Shown here in pieces: positions 47,421 to 57,682 of a DNA stretch of 64,000 bases (positions are counted from its first letter, which is position 1; each line of letters opens with the position of its first letter). Origin of the DNA: Candidatus Multivoradales bacterium. GTDB taxonomy: Bacteria; Acidobacteriota; Thermoanaerobaculia; Multivoradales; Multivoraceae. Where the stretch lies: contig CBDCWI010000002.1 in the NCBI GenBank assembly GCA_965223325.1, forward strand, positions 192,001 through 256,000, written 5' to 3'. The notes below the pieces were generated by a model. The model was not told the origin of the DNA. It worked only from the letters and a program-made list of their open reading frames with translations, and searched no databases. A program made the position numbers and the translations under genes.

Positions 47421-49199
47421 GTGAAGAACTTTCTCACCACCCTCCAATCGGTGCTACAGCACGTCCGCCTGCGCTGGATGCTGCTCCTGTTCCTGGTGGT
47501 GTTCGGCAGCCTGCCCTTGTTGCTCAATCTGGCCTTGACCCTCGGCCCCAACCAGGGTCTTCTGGCACGGCAGGAACAGGAAAAGCTGACGCGTCGACTC
47601 GAACTGCTCAGCAGTCGGGCGGGCGACGACGTCGAGGCCATGCGCGGGCATCTCGAACTGGCCGCGGCCGGTCTCTCGAGTCTCGATGTCGAGAACGCAC
47701 TCACCCCAGAGGCCGCCGACTGGTCGCACGGCTACCTCGAGCGCTTCCAGCGCGCCACCGCGAACCGCTTCGCCAGCCGGGTCGTCGACCTGCTCGATGG
47801 CCGTGCGCAACGCACCGAGGAAGCGCGCGTGCAGCTGGCACTGGACCGTACGCTCGATCTCATTCGCACCAGCGATCGCCGAGCGCACTGGCAGCTGCTC
47901 GACCTCGGTGCCGAGCGCGAGCCGCTGGTGGTGTATTCGGTGCCGGTGGTGCTCGAAGACGGTGAAACTCTCGGCTGGGTGATTCAAGGTGTCTTGCGCC
48001 TCGACCTCGAGGGTCGCGAGCAGGGTGATGTCTTCGTGCTCGACCTCGCCTCCGAAGGGCGGGTGGTGTGGAGCACTTCGCTCGATGACGATCTGCGCCG
48101 CTCGGTGGCATCGTCAGAGATGGTGACCGCCTTCCTCTCCCTGCCCGAGGAGCGGGACCTCATTCCGGTCACCGAATACGACGCGGTGACCGGCGGTGAG
48201 ACGGTACGCATGTTGGGGCAGGTGGCGCGCATTGGCGATAGCAACTGGGCGTTGATGGTGCAACAGCCCCGTGCCAAGGCGTTCTTCGAGGTGCGGCGCT
48301 GGGTGCTCACCTCTCTCGGCTCGGCCGGCATCATGGTCGTCGTCGCGTTTCTCTTCGCGGCCATTGCAGCGCGCGGCTTCACGGTACCGCTCGAACGTCT
48401 CGCACACACCGCCCACGACATCTCTTGCGGTGAGTTCGGTAAGAAGATCGAACCGGTGGCTTTTGGTGCCGAAATGACCGAGCTCGCCGAGAGCTTCAAC
48501 GCGATGAGCGACCAGATCGACGAGCATGTCGATCAACTACGCCAAGCAGCGGCGCTCAACCGTGATCTGTTCATCGGTTCGATCCGCGCCTTTCTCGCCG
48601 CCATCGAAGCCAAGGAGCCGTACACCCGCGGTCATTCCGAACGCGTCGCTTCGTTCAGTCAGGCCATTGCCCGCCAGCTCAATATGTCGCGCGAGTTCCA
48701 GGAGCGCATCTGGATCGCCGGCTTGATGCACGACGTCGGCAAGATCGGCATCGACGATCGGGTGCTCAAGAAGGGCGACAAGCTCACCGACGAAGAGTAC
48801 GAAGAGATGAAGCGCCATCCGGCGGTAGGTGCTGAAATCATGACCTCGATCGAACAGCTGCGCGACATGCTGCCCGCGATCCGCTGGCATCACGAGGACT
48901 GGGCGGGCACCGGCTATCCCGATGGTCTGGCGGGTGAGGACATCCCACTCATGGCGCGAATCGTCGCCGTCGCCGATACCTTTGACGCAATCACCACCCA
49001 GCGTGTGTATCAGGACCCATACACCGATGAAGAAGCGGTGGGTATTATCGAGAACCTGATCGGCAAACGCTTCGACCCGCGCGTCGCCGAGGCATTCGTC
49101 TACGCCTTCAAGGTGGGTGACATCGTGACCGATCGCGCGGTCGACAACGATCTCGAGATCGATGCCGAGCTGCTGCGCACTCGCGCTCTGCACACCTGA
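47421..49199 (+). CDS. Membrane sensor with HAMP and HD-GYP domains (c-di-GMP phosphodiesterase)
   Basis: Two transmembrane helices around a periplasmic domain, HAMP (EMTELAESFNAM), YTRGHSERV, HDVGKIG, HHE..GTGYP and VADTFDA. The start is uncertain (47337 or 47421). Confidence 0.9.
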   Translation: MKNFLTTLQSVLQHVRLRWMLLLFLVVFGSLPLLLNLALTLGPNQGLLARQEQEKLTRRLELLSSRAGDDVEAMRGHLELAAAGLSSLDVENALTPEAADWSHGYLERFQRATANRFASRVVDLLDGRAQRTEEARVQLALDRTLDLIRTSDRRAHWQLLDLGAEREPLVVYSVPVVLEDGETLGWVIQGVLRLDLEGREQGDVFVLDLASEGRVVWSTSLDDDLRRSVASSEMVTAFLSLPEERDLIPVTEYDAVTGGETVRMLGQVARIGDSNWALMVQQPRAKAFFEVRRWVLTSLGSAGIMVVVAFLFAAIAARGFTVPLERLAHTAHDISCGEFGKKIEPVAFGAEMTELAESFNAMSDQIDEHVDQLRQAAALNRDLFIGSIRAFLAAIEAKEPYTRGHSERVASFSQAIARQLNMSREFQERIWIAGLMHDVGKIGIDDRVLKKGDKLTDEEYEEMKRHPAVGAEIMTSIEQLRDMLPAIRWHHEDWAGTGYPDGLAGEDIPLMARIVAVADTFDAITTQRVYQDPYTDEEAVGIIENLIGKRFDPRVAEAFVYAFKVGDIVTDRAVDNDLEIDAELLRTRALHT

Positions 49200-49291
49200 T
49201 CATCTCCCAGCGCGCGCTGGAGCGGGTATCGTTGGAGCAGCCGACCCCGGGACGCCTCTGCGGGTGGGCTGACCGCTAGAGCGAGAGATCC

Positions 49292-49672
49292 ATGCCGTTT
49301 TCCTACATCCTGGCCAACCTGGTCGCGGAGACTGATGGTGCTGTTGGCGCCCTGTTCCTCGACGAGACCGGTGAAACCGTCGATCTGACCTGCACGGAAG
49401 GGACCGATCCGGAGAACCTCCGAGTGATCGGAGCATGGCTGGGCATCTACCTACGCGAGCTGGCGCGCTTCGTGCCCGAGGTGGAGGAGTCGGGAGCCGG
49501 CCTCGAGCTCGTGCAAGTCGAGCATCAGGGGCTGCACCTCTTCGCCCGCGCCCTCGCCGACGGCTACTACGTCGCGCTGGTGCAAAAGGCCCCGGCAGCG
49601 ACGGCCATCACCCGCCGCCGGCTCTCGGAGGCCGGCGAGTTGTTGCAGGCCGAACTCTTCGCCCAGACCTAG
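49292..49672 (+). CDS. Roadblock/LC7 (MglB-like) domain protein
   Basis: 126 aa with a helix-GAVGALFLDETGE-helix-three-strand-helix pattern. Confidence 0.7.
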   Translation: MPFSYILANLVAETDGAVGALFLDETGETVDLTCTEGTDPENLRVIGAWLGIYLRELARFVPEVEESGAGLELVQVEHQGLHLFARALADGYYVALVQKAPAATAITRRRLSEAGELLQAELFAQT

Positions 49673-49701
49673 AGAGCGAAAGGAAAGAAGGTGCAACCCC
49701 A

Positions 49702-50667
49702 ATGAGCCAAGAACCGAGCGCTGCTCTCGACATCTCGACTGAGGAGAAGCCAGAGAGAAAGAGGGGTTTCTGGAGGAAACTCAAACGTGGGTTGAACATG
49801 ACCCATACCGAGCTGATCGATCGGATCGGCGCCGCCGCCGCCGGGCGCGGGGTGATCGACGAGGAAATGCTCGAAGAGCTCGAGGAGGTGTTGATCGCCT
49901 CGGACCTCGGTGCGGAGACTTCCCTCGAACTGGTCGACAGCATTCGTGAGCGGGTCAAAGTCGGCCAGGCAGGCGATGAGGTCTTGCTGCGTCAGATGCT
50001 CGCCGACGAGATTTCGTTGCTACTGCTCGATGCACCGCGGCCGGCGCCGGTCTCGCTGCCGATGGTGACCCTGGTGGTCGGCGTCAACGGTGCCGGCAAG
50101 ACGACCTCGATCGCCAAACTCGCACAGCGCTCCCGCGACCGTGGAGAAAAGGTCCTGCTGGCCGCCGGAGACACGTTCCGCGCCGCCGCCATCGAGCAGC
50201 TCGAGACCTGGGCTGATCGACTCTCGCTGCCGGTCGTGCGCCACCAGGCCGGCTCCGACCCGGCAGCGGTCGTCTTTGACGCCATGCAGGCGGCCAAGGC
50301 GCGTTCGATCGATCACGTCATCGTCGACACGGCGGGTCGCTTGCACACCAAGACCAACCTGATGGAGGAGCTGCGCAAGATCGGGCGTGTGGTCGAGCGT
50401 GAGGCGGAAGGGTGGTCGGTTCAAACGCTCCTGATCATCGATGCGACCAACGGACAAAACGGCCTCCAGCAGGCGAGACAGTTTGCCGAAGTGGTTCCGG
50501 TCGACGCGTTGTTCCTGACCAAGGTCGACGGCACGGCCAAGGGCGGAGTGGTGGTTGCCGTGGCGCGCGCGATGCGTGTTCCGGTGGCCTACCTCGGCGT
50601 AGGAGAGGGCGCCGATGACATCGTCGACTTCGATGCTCGCGAGTTCGCGCGCGCCATGCTCGGCTGA
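49702..50667 (+). CDS. ftsY: Signal recognition particle receptor
   Basis: [21 protein letters not shown] and [10 protein letters not shown] motifs. Confidence 0.97.
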   Translation: MSQEPSAALDISTEEKPERKRGFWRKLKRGLNMTHTELIDRIGAAAAGRGVIDEEMLEELEEVLIASDLGAETSLELVDSIRERVKVGQAGDEVLLRQMLADEISLLLLDAPRPAPVSLPMVTLVVGVNGAGKTTSIAKLAQRSRDRGEKVLLAAGDTFRAAAIEQLETWADRLSLPVVRHQAGSDPAAVVFDAMQAAKARSIDHVIVDTAGRLHTKTNLMEELRKIGRVVEREAEGWSVQTLLIIDATNGQNGLQQARQFAEVVPVDALFLTKVDGTAKGGVVVAVARAMRVPVAYLGVGEGADDIVDFDAREFARAMLG

Positions 50668-50675
50668 GCCTCGCG

Positions 50676-51833
50676 GTGAGCAGCAGGAAGGAAACCACCA
50701 GGCCAGGCGCCACGTCAGGCGCCAGATCAGGCAACACACCAGGTGCTGGTGAGTGGCTCGAACGTGCCCTCGAGCTCGCCGCTAGGGGTCGCTACACCAC
50801 CGCACCCAACCCCTGTGTCGGTGCCCTCGTCGTGCAGGGCGACGCGGTCGTCGGGGAGGGCTGGCACCGGCGGCCGGGTGAGCCGCATGCCGAGGTGCTG
50901 GCGCTCGAGGCGGCCGGCACCAAAGCGCGTGGTGCGACGCTCTACGTGACGCTCGAACCCTGCGCTCACCACGGGCGAACCCCACCGTGTGCCGATGCAG
51001 TCATTGCGGCCGGGTTGACCAGGGTTGTCGTCTGTCATGCCGACCCCGATCCGCGCGTCAGCGGTCGCGGGCTCGAACGAATCCGCGCTGCGGGAATCGA
51101 GGTCGAGGTCGGTCCTCTGGCCGAGCGCGCCCGACAACTCAACCTGGCCTACCTGATCGCCCATCGAGAAAAGCGTGCGGCGGTGACCCTCAAGTGGGCG
51201 ATGAGCCTCGACGGGCGTATCGCTACGGCGCGTGGTGAAAGCCAGTGGATCAGTAGCCCAGAGGCGCGCCAGTGGGCCCTGTCGTTGCGCGAAGAACACG
51301 GTGCGATTCTGGTGGGGAGCGGCACCGCGCTCGCCGACGATCCTCGCTTGACCCGGAGACTCGGTCTGAGAGGCGGTGAAATCACCCGGGTGATCGTCGA
51401 TCGTCGACTTCGTCTGGCGCCCGAGGCGCGGCTGTTCAAGGAACCGGGGCCGGTGCTCGTGTACTCTGAGGCGCGCGACCAGCAGGCGATCGAGCGCCTG
51501 GAGAAGGCGGGGGCGACGGTCGTTCGCCCACCGGCGGGCGGCTCGATGACACCCGGCGACATCGCTGTCGATCTGCTCGAGCGCGGCTGCCAGAGTGTTT
51601 TGATCGAGGGCGGCGCTGGGATCGCTGGGGCGTTCTTCGATGCCTCGGTCTGGGACCGCGCGGCGATCTGCTGCGCGCCCCGGCTGATCGGCGGCGAGGA
51701 GGCGCCTGGACCGCTGGCGGGCCGAGGGGTGGAGAAGCTCGCTCTGGCACGCCGACTCGAAGCGGCGTCCGTGGTTCTTTGCGGAACCGATTTTGTGATC
51801 GAAGGAGTGAGACCAGGGTGTTTACGGGACTGA
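50676..51833 (+). CDS. ribD: Riboflavin biosynthesis deaminase/reductase
   Basis: PNP.VG, HAE, LEPCAHHGRTPPC, SLDGRIA and IEGG motifs. Confidence 0.96.
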   Translation: MSSRKETTRPGATSGARSGNTPGAGEWLERALELAARGRYTTAPNPCVGALVVQGDAVVGEGWHRRPGEPHAEVLALEAAGTKARGATLYVTLEPCAHHGRTPPCADAVIAAGLTRVVVCHADPDPRVSGRGLERIRAAGIEVEVGPLAERARQLNLAYLIAHREKRAAVTLKWAMSLDGRIATARGESQWISSPEARQWALSLREEHGAILVGSGTALADDPRLTRRLGLRGGEITRVIVDRRLRLAPEARLFKEPGPVLVYSEARDQQAIERLEKAGATVVRPPAGGSMTPGDIAVDLLERGCQSVLIEGGAGIAGAFFDASVWDRAAICCAPRLIGGEEAPGPLAGRGVEKLALARRLEAASVVLCGTDFVIEGVRPGCLRD

Positions 51834-52447
51834 TTCACGAAGTGGGCCGGGTGCTCGTCGAACCCTACGCCACCGAGCGCGGCGGCAAGGTCCTCGAGCT
51901 CGAGCACACCGAGGAGCTCTCCCAGCGCCTCGAGATCGGCGCCAGCCTCGCGGTCTCCGGAGTCTGCCTGACCCTGATCGAACATCGACCGGGACGATCT
52001 CACCTCGAGATGTCGGAGGAGACGCTTCGCTTGACCTCGCTCGACAGTCTGGGGCCTGGCTCGTCGGTGAACCTCGAACCTGCGCTGCGGCTCGGTGATC
52101 CGCTGGGTGGCCACTGGGTTCAGGGACATGTCGACGGCACCACCACGGTGCACCAGGTCGAGCCCGAAGAAGACTTCAGCCGCATGAGCTTCATTCTGCC
52201 CAGAGATCTGTCACGCTACTTCGTCGTCAAGGGCTCGATCACGGTCGACGGTGTTTCGCTGACGGTCGCCTCGCTGACCGCGGGCGACCGACCGACGTTC
52301 GACGTCGCCCTGATCCCGCACACTCTAGAGAACACCACTCTCGGTGGGCGTACGCGAGGCGACGAAGTCAACCTCGAGGTCGACGTGCTGGCCAAGTACG
52401 TCGAGCGTGCCGTCTTGCCCTGGAGTCCATCGAGCCCAGGCTCGTGA
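51818..52447 (+). CDS. ribE: Riboflavin synthase (alpha chain)
   Basis: MFTGL start, GVCLT, VNLE, GGHWVQGHVD, KGSITVDGVSLT and VNLEVD motifs. Confidence 0.96.
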   Translation: MFTGLIHEVGRVLVEPYATERGGKVLELEHTEELSQRLEIGASLAVSGVCLTLIEHRPGRSHLEMSEETLRLTSLDSLGPGSSVNLEPALRLGDPLGGHWVQGHVDGTTTVHQVEPEEDFSRMSFILPRDLSRYFVVKGSITVDGVSLTVASLTAGDRPTFDVALIPHTLENTTLGGRTRGDEVNLEVDVLAKYVERAVLPWSPSSPGS

Positions 52448-53553
52448 AGCGACCCGTCTACGACACCGGAGCGTTGCGTTGGCATCGTCCGCTGCCGGGT
52501 AGCTTGTTCATCGCGCTCGAACCGGCTGCGTGGCCAATGGCCGCTCTGCCGTCGATCGACCCGATTCGGCAGCGCATTCGCTGGACCGACGACTCGTTCG
52601 AGGAGTTGGCGCCGGCGGAGGCATCGGGGCTCGACCGACCGGCCCCGCGCGACACGGTGTGGCTACCGCCGGTGCGTGAGGCCGACGAGGCGATGCGCTT
52701 CGGCTGGCAGGGTTGGGCTGCCAAGGCCCGCGAGGTCGTGGGCGCGCTTCCGCTGGTGACCGAGATCCTCCCGACGAAGCGGGGAACGGGCGACGCGCCC
52801 GTTGGGGTGGTGCCGTGGCGCATTCCCGAGACCGACGAGGCGGTGGTGGTCGTCGACCCATTGGCAGCGCTCCTCACCCACGGCGGCAGGCTCCCGCCAG
52901 CGTCGTTCCAGGAGGCGTCGTTCCAAAAGGCCGAAGGCGCGTCGTCGGGCTCGCACTGGATGTGGCCGCTCATTCCCGGCCTGAGCGACGACCCCCAGGA
53001 GTTCGCCGCGACCTGTCGCCAGGCGGCCCAGGCCAACGTTTCGACCCTCCATGTGATGGCGCTCGACCTGGCGCCCGAAGATCGGCGCCGGCTGTGGGGG
53101 GCACTTCCCGAGGCGTTGCGCGAAGGAAAGACCGCTGAACGACGTTGGAGTGCACTTTTCCATGGCGAGCAGGTCGACGAGCGTTGGGCCGCCCGCTGTG
53201 TACAGGCCGCAGGAATGCGCTTTCAGCTCCCCAGGCCAACGGATGTGGAAGCCGATCTTCTGACCGCCGAACGTCGGGCACGCCTCTGGGTGCGCCAGTT
53301 GACCGAGGAACTCTGCCTGGTGGGTGATCTCTGGCTGCGCTGTGGTCGCAGCGAGGCGACGGGCTGGAGCCTTCTCGCTGCCGCCCGCACCGTGGCTGCA
53401 ACACGCTACGATCCCAGTGTCCTGGCGCGCGAAGGAAACCTCGCGTTGCTGCTCGACGGGCTGGCCGCCGAGATCATCGAGGAGCGCCTGCGAGGCGATG
53501 TGAGCTCCCTCAGGAGCGAGCTCGAGGCCGAGTACGCCGGCGGCCCGGATTGA
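52444..53553 (+). CDS. Hypothetical protein: degenerate radical-SAM-like segment plus PolX-8kDa/HhH-like C-terminus
   Basis: GTGA-coupled to ribE. It contains PLIPGLSDD, a C-terminal AAR....D...LAREGNL...AEIIEE.L.G pattern, and no CxxxCxxC. Confidence 0.55.
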   Translation: MKRPVYDTGALRWHRPLPGSLFIALEPAAWPMAALPSIDPIRQRIRWTDDSFEELAPAEASGLDRPAPRDTVWLPPVREADEAMRFGWQGWAAKAREVVGALPLVTEILPTKRGTGDAPVGVVPWRIPETDEAVVVVDPLAALLTHGGRLPPASFQEASFQKAEGASSGSHWMWPLIPGLSDDPQEFAATCRQAAQANVSTLHVMALDLAPEDRRRLWGALPEALREGKTAERRWSALFHGEQVDERWAARCVQAAGMRFQLPRPTDVEADLLTAERRARLWVRQLTEELCLVGDLWLRCGRSEATGWSLLAAARTVAATRYDPSVLAREGNLALLLDGLAAEIIEERLRGDVSSLRSELEAEYAGGPD

Positions 53554-53571
53554 CGACCGAACCTTGCGACG

Positions 53572-54432
53572 ATGAACGCCAGAATCCAACCCCCGCTCGC
53601 CCCCCCGACTGCCAGAGGCGCCTTGCTCCTCGGACTGGCAGCGCTCTTGGCGACGCTCTTTTGGCCGCCGCCAACCCATGCCGACGATTTCGACCTCGGC
53701 GTTCTACTCGGCGATCTCGGGAGTCAGAGTGACTTTGACCTGGCCATCGCCACCCTCGACGACCTGCACGATGCGGTGAGCTCGGCGGCCTACGCGTTTC
53801 CGCGTCAGCACGGTGGGTCGCTTGGCCTGACCGGGTTCGAACTCTGGGTCGAGGCGACCTGGGATGAAGAGTTCGCCAACCAACCCTACGCACCGCGTGG
53901 GCTGGCAGAAGGCCTGCCACTCGATGGTCTTTCGGTAGCCCGGGTCGGGGCGCGCAAGGGCCTGCCTGGCGGCCTCGACATCGGAGCCTCCTGGGCGCGC
54001 CTTCTCGGAACCGATCTCGACATGGTGGGTGCCGAGATGCAGTGGTCGGTCATCGACGGCGGCATCCTGAAACCCGCCCTGGCACTTCGCCTGACCGGAA
54101 TGCAGTCGAGTGGAGAAGACGAGTACGACCTCGAGCAGTACGGCGCGACGCTCATTCTGAGCAAGGGCTTTGCCAATGTGACCCCCTATGTCGGCGGCGG
54201 CGTCGTGCGTTCGAATGGCGAGTTCAAGGTGACCAGCGCGGCGCTCGATGGCGTGCCGCCGATTCTCGCTCCGCTACTCGACGATGAGGGTGATCTCAGA
54301 ATCGACAGCGACGAGACCCAGACGGTGGTCTTCGCTGGTGTCCGCATCAACCTCCTGGTGCCGCGCATCACCGTCGCGCTCGAAAAGACCCGCAACTGGC
54401 AGGCCGCAGTACGGCTCTCGATCGGCTTTTAG
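53572..54432 (+). CDS. Putative outer-membrane beta-barrel protein
   Basis: Signal peptide (PTHA cleavage), alternating amphipathic strands, TPYVGGG and C-terminal RLSIGF. Confidence 0.7.
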   Translation: MNARIQPPLAPPTARGALLLGLAALLATLFWPPPTHADDFDLGVLLGDLGSQSDFDLAIATLDDLHDAVSSAAYAFPRQHGGSLGLTGFELWVEATWDEEFANQPYAPRGLAEGLPLDGLSVARVGARKGLPGGLDIGASWARLLGTDLDMVGAEMQWSVIDGGILKPALALRLTGMQSSGEDEYDLEQYGATLILSKGFANVTPYVGGGVVRSNGEFKVTSAALDGVPPILAPLLDDEGDLRIDSDETQTVVFAGVRINLLVPRITVALEKTRNWQAAVRLSIGF

Positions 54433-54457
54433 GGCCCAGGCGGCCCCCGCAACACCG

Positions 54458-55486
54458 ATGATCGACCTGCGCTCTGACACCGTCACCCAGCCCTCGCCGG
54501 CCATGCGCCAGGCGATGGCTGAAGCCGTCGTCGGCGACGACGTCTATGGCGAAGACCCGACCATTCAACGACTCGAAGAGCGGGCGGCCCAAGAGACCGG
54601 GCAGGAGGGAGCGCTGTTCGTGCCTTCCGGCACGATGGGCAACCAGATTGCCCTGCAGCTTCACGCGCGTCGGGGCCAATCGGTGGTTTGCGAACAGAAC
54701 GCACACGTCTTTCACTATGAGTCCGGCGGCATGGCGGTGAACTCGGGCCTACAGGCGGTGACGGTTCCCGGTGCGCGTGGCGTCATGTCACCTGAGGCCC
54801 TGCGCGAGGCCATCGTCGTCGGTCAGCCGTTTGCGGTCGAAACCGGGGTCGTTGCACTCGAGAACACGCACAACCTGGCGGGCGGCACGGTGATGTCGGT
54901 CGAGCATCAGAAGACCCTGATCGAAATCGCCCACGACTGTGGCGTTCCAGTTCATCTCGATGGGGCACGTGTCTGGAACGCGGCGGCGGCGCTGGGCGTG
55001 CCGGTCCACGCGTTGACCGCCGATGTCGACTCGGTGATGTTTTGCTTGTCCAAGGGCCTCGGCGCCCCGGTGGGCTCGCTTCTGTGCGGCAAGCGCGACT
55101 GGATCGAAGCCGCCCGCGCTCTGCGGCGGCTGCTCGGCGGTGGCATGCGTCAGGTCGGTGTTCTGGGTGCGGCGGGACTCTACGCCCTCGAACACAACGT
55201 CGCCCGCCTGGCCGACGACCATCGCCGGGCCCGGTCGCTGGCTGAGACGATGGCCGAGCTTCCCGGTCTTTCGGTTGACGCAGGGGCGGTCGATACCAAC
55301 ATCGTCGTCGCCGAGTCTGCCCAGGCGGGCGCAGTGGTCGAGGGTCTCTCGCGGCGCGGCGTGTTGGCCAGCAAGCTCCTCGGCAACCGCCTGCGGCTGG
55401 TCACTCACCTCGATATCGATGACGATGCGATCCGTGCCGCGTGTGCGGCGCTGTCGGAGACCGCCGGCGAAGTCGCTTCCGCTTGA
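54458..55486 (+). CDS. ltaE: Low-specificity L-threonine aldolase
   Basis: IDLRSDTVT, GDDVYGEDPT, SGTMGN, HLDGAR, CLSKGLGAPVG and GGGMRQ motifs. Confidence 0.95.
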   Translation: MIDLRSDTVTQPSPAMRQAMAEAVVGDDVYGEDPTIQRLEERAAQETGQEGALFVPSGTMGNQIALQLHARRGQSVVCEQNAHVFHYESGGMAVNSGLQAVTVPGARGVMSPEALREAIVVGQPFAVETGVVALENTHNLAGGTVMSVEHQKTLIEIAHDCGVPVHLDGARVWNAAAALGVPVHALTADVDSVMFCLSKGLGAPVGSLLCGKRDWIEAARALRRLLGGGMRQVGVLGAAGLYALEHNVARLADDHRRARSLAETMAELPGLSVDAGAVDTNIVVAESAQAGAVVEGLSRRGVLASKLLGNRLRLVTHLDIDDDAIRAACAALSETAGEVASA

Positions 55487-55513
55487 CCGCGGCCGGTAGG
55501 TCCGCCAGGGCAC

Positions 55514-56374
55514 CTAGTGCGTCAGGCCGTAGACCACCATGTTGACGCCCATCGCGTAGGCGACGGTCGAATAGCGTTCGAAGTAGGCCTCGCCGTAGCC
55601 TTCGCGTTCCCAGCCGTCGCCGATGTCGGTGTTGAAGGTCGTCATGACCATCGGCCGGTCGGAATCGTCGAACCAGCCGCGCAGGTGGACCTGCTCGACG
55701 CCATAGGCCGGATAGCGGTGGATGTTCGGAGGATCGTGGGTCCAGCCGCGCACCGCGAAGTCGCGCGCCGGAACCTGAGGTGGTCCGGCGAGCGGGAAGA
55801 CGGCGCTCAGAAGCGGGTGGTCGTCGGGCACCTCTTGCCAGCTCCGTTCGGGTAGGACACGCTCCATGTTGCGCTCGAAGTTCTTCCACTCGCCGAGCCC
55901 CCAGAAGTCGTCGACCCACAACATGCCGCCCTTGCCGAGATACTCGCGCAGGGCGCTGACCTCGTCGTCGGAGAGGTCCATCCAGCCGACGTCGCAGAGG
56001 TACAGCATCGGATACTCGAAGACTTCGGGATCGGTCAGCCGCATGACCACCGAGCGTCGGTTGACCGACAGGGTGGTCAGCTCCTCGAGTCGGAAGACGA
56101 AGTTTTCGTCGGCCTGGGGGTGATCGGTTTCCCAGCGCTCCCAGACCCGGCCTTCGTAGTAGTAGTAAGCCTCTTGCGCGCCTCCTGAAGAGTCGTACTG
56201 GAGGCGTGTGAAGCTGAACTCGGCCAGCTCGGGCTCGGTCACCCCCGCACCACGATCGCTCAGGCTAGGTTGGGAGATCTCGGCCTGCTGGCTCGCCCCC
56301 CGGAGCATCGCCGCCGCTGACAGCAGAAGGAGGCTCATCATGAGGGAGAAGAGCCATCGGCCGGACAACGCCAC
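55514..56374 (-). CDS. DUF4159 domain protein (copy 1, secreted)
   Basis: FSFTRLQY, W.TDHP.AD, LREYL.KGG.L.VDDFWG, NTDIGDGWE and MGVN..VY.LTH. The start is uncertain (56341-56374). Confidence 0.85.
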   Translation of the reverse strand: MALSGRWLFSLMMSLLLLSAAAMLRGASQQAEISQPSLSDRGAGVTEPELAEFSFTRLQYDSSGGAQEAYYYYEGRVWERWETDHPQADENFVFRLEELTTLSVNRRSVVMRLTDPEVFEYPMLYLCDVGWMDLSDDEVSALREYLGKGGMLWVDDFWGLGEWKNFERNMERVLPERSWQEVPDDHPLLSAVFPLAGPPQVPARDFAVRGWTHDPPNIHRYPAYGVEQVHLRGWFDDSDRPMVMTTFNTDIGDGWEREGYGEAYFERYSTVAYAMGVNMVVYGLTH

Positions 56375-56557
56375 AACGCGCGCCGGGGAATCCGGGAACT
56401 GGCGGGCCACGAAGCCATTCTGAGGCACAGGGGCCTGCTGCTGCAACGCCCTGGGACGTTCTCGGTGCGAAGCCCGACACGGCACAGGCACGGCTGGGTT
56501 AGCATCAACCGGCCCGCGAGTGCTCACCCGTCGACACCGCTCGGTCCTCCTGCCCGC

Positions 56558-57661
56558 ATGATCATGAACTCCGCGCCTCCACCCGTCTCGCAGCTCTCCG
56601 AAGGGCGCTCGCCACGCCAGCTCCGGGCGCCAGGCCGAGACACCGAGCGTGTTCAGCTTCCGTTGGCCATGCTTCTCCTCGTGGTTGCGCTCCTCGCCCT
56701 GGCGACTGCGGCGCTGGCGGGGCGGGAAACAGGCCCTTTGGCGGGGACCAGTCCTGGCTTGTCGGAAGGGTTCTTGGCCTTGCGTCCGGTGCTCGCTCGC
56801 GCGCCGCTTCAGCAGGTCACACCGAGCCGCCGCAGGATCCAGGAGCGTCAGGAACAGCTGCGCCGACAGATGCTCGAGAGTCGTCGGCGGCGGGCTCCGG
56901 TGCGCCGTCACGCCTTCGACATGCCGCTCCTCGAGGACCCGCGCGATCCGGCGGGGCCGTGCGTTGCGGAGCGCTGGAGTGACCAACCGCACGAGTTCTA
57001 CTTCACTCGCGCTGCCTACAGTGGCTACGGTCTCCAGGGTGGATTCGCCAGCTGGAGCGTCGACTACCCGAAGGCCGATCGGCAGTTCATGGTGGGTGTG
57101 CAGCGGTTGATCAACCACCTCGATCTCTCGGGCTGCGAGAACCCGATTCTGCTCGATGATCCAGAGCTGTCCCGCTTTCCCTTCCTCTACGCGGTCGAGG
57201 TCGGCTACATGTCGCTGACCGATGCCGAGGTCCAGGGTCTTCGCAGGTACCTGTTGGCGGGTGGCTTTCTGGTGATCGACGACTTCTGGGGCACACTCGA
57301 GTGGTCGAATGCCGAGGCAGAGCTGGCACGCGTGCTGCCCGAGTACCGCATCACCGACCTTCCTCTCGACCATGCGCTCTTCCACTGCTTCTACGACGTG
57401 CGCGAGATCGTGCAGGTGCCCAACCTGGCGGTCGGGCGCGAGAACGCCCGCAGCGGCTACCCGACCCACGAGAAAGACGGCTTCGTTCCGCGAGTCCGGG
57501 GAATCTCCGATGAGAACGGTCGGTTGCTGGTGGTGCTGAACTGGAACAGCGACCTCGGCGATGCCTGGGAATGGGCCGAAGACCCCTACTATCCGCTGCG
57601 CTTTTCGACCTACGCCTACCAGGTGGGCATCAACTTCATCGTCTATGCCATGAGTCACTGA
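56558..57661 (+). CDS. DUF4159 domain protein (copy 2, secreted)
   Basis: FYFTRAAY, WSVDYPKAD, LRRYL.AGG.L.IDDFWG, NSDLGDAWE and GINFIVYAMSH. The start is uncertain (56558 or 56669). Confidence 0.85.
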   Translation: MIMNSAPPPVSQLSEGRSPRQLRAPGRDTERVQLPLAMLLLVVALLALATAALAGRETGPLAGTSPGLSEGFLALRPVLARAPLQQVTPSRRRIQERQEQLRRQMLESRRRRAPVRRHAFDMPLLEDPRDPAGPCVAERWSDQPHEFYFTRAAYSGYGLQGGFASWSVDYPKADRQFMVGVQRLINHLDLSGCENPILLDDPELSRFPFLYAVEVGYMSLTDAEVQGLRRYLLAGGFLVIDDFWGTLEWSNAEAELARVLPEYRITDLPLDHALFHCFYDVREIVQVPNLAVGRENARSGYPTHEKDGFVPRVRGISDENGRLLVVLNWNSDLGDAWEWAEDPYYPLRFSTYAYQVGINFIVYAMSH

Positions 57662-57682
57662 AAGGCCTTTGGTTTCCTGACC

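Noticed and set aside
55514-57658. 714-aa minus-strand ORF as one large protein
   Set aside because: Only the last ~285 aa are DUF4159; the rest is the antisense frame of the divergent plus-strand DUF4159 gene and the spacer.
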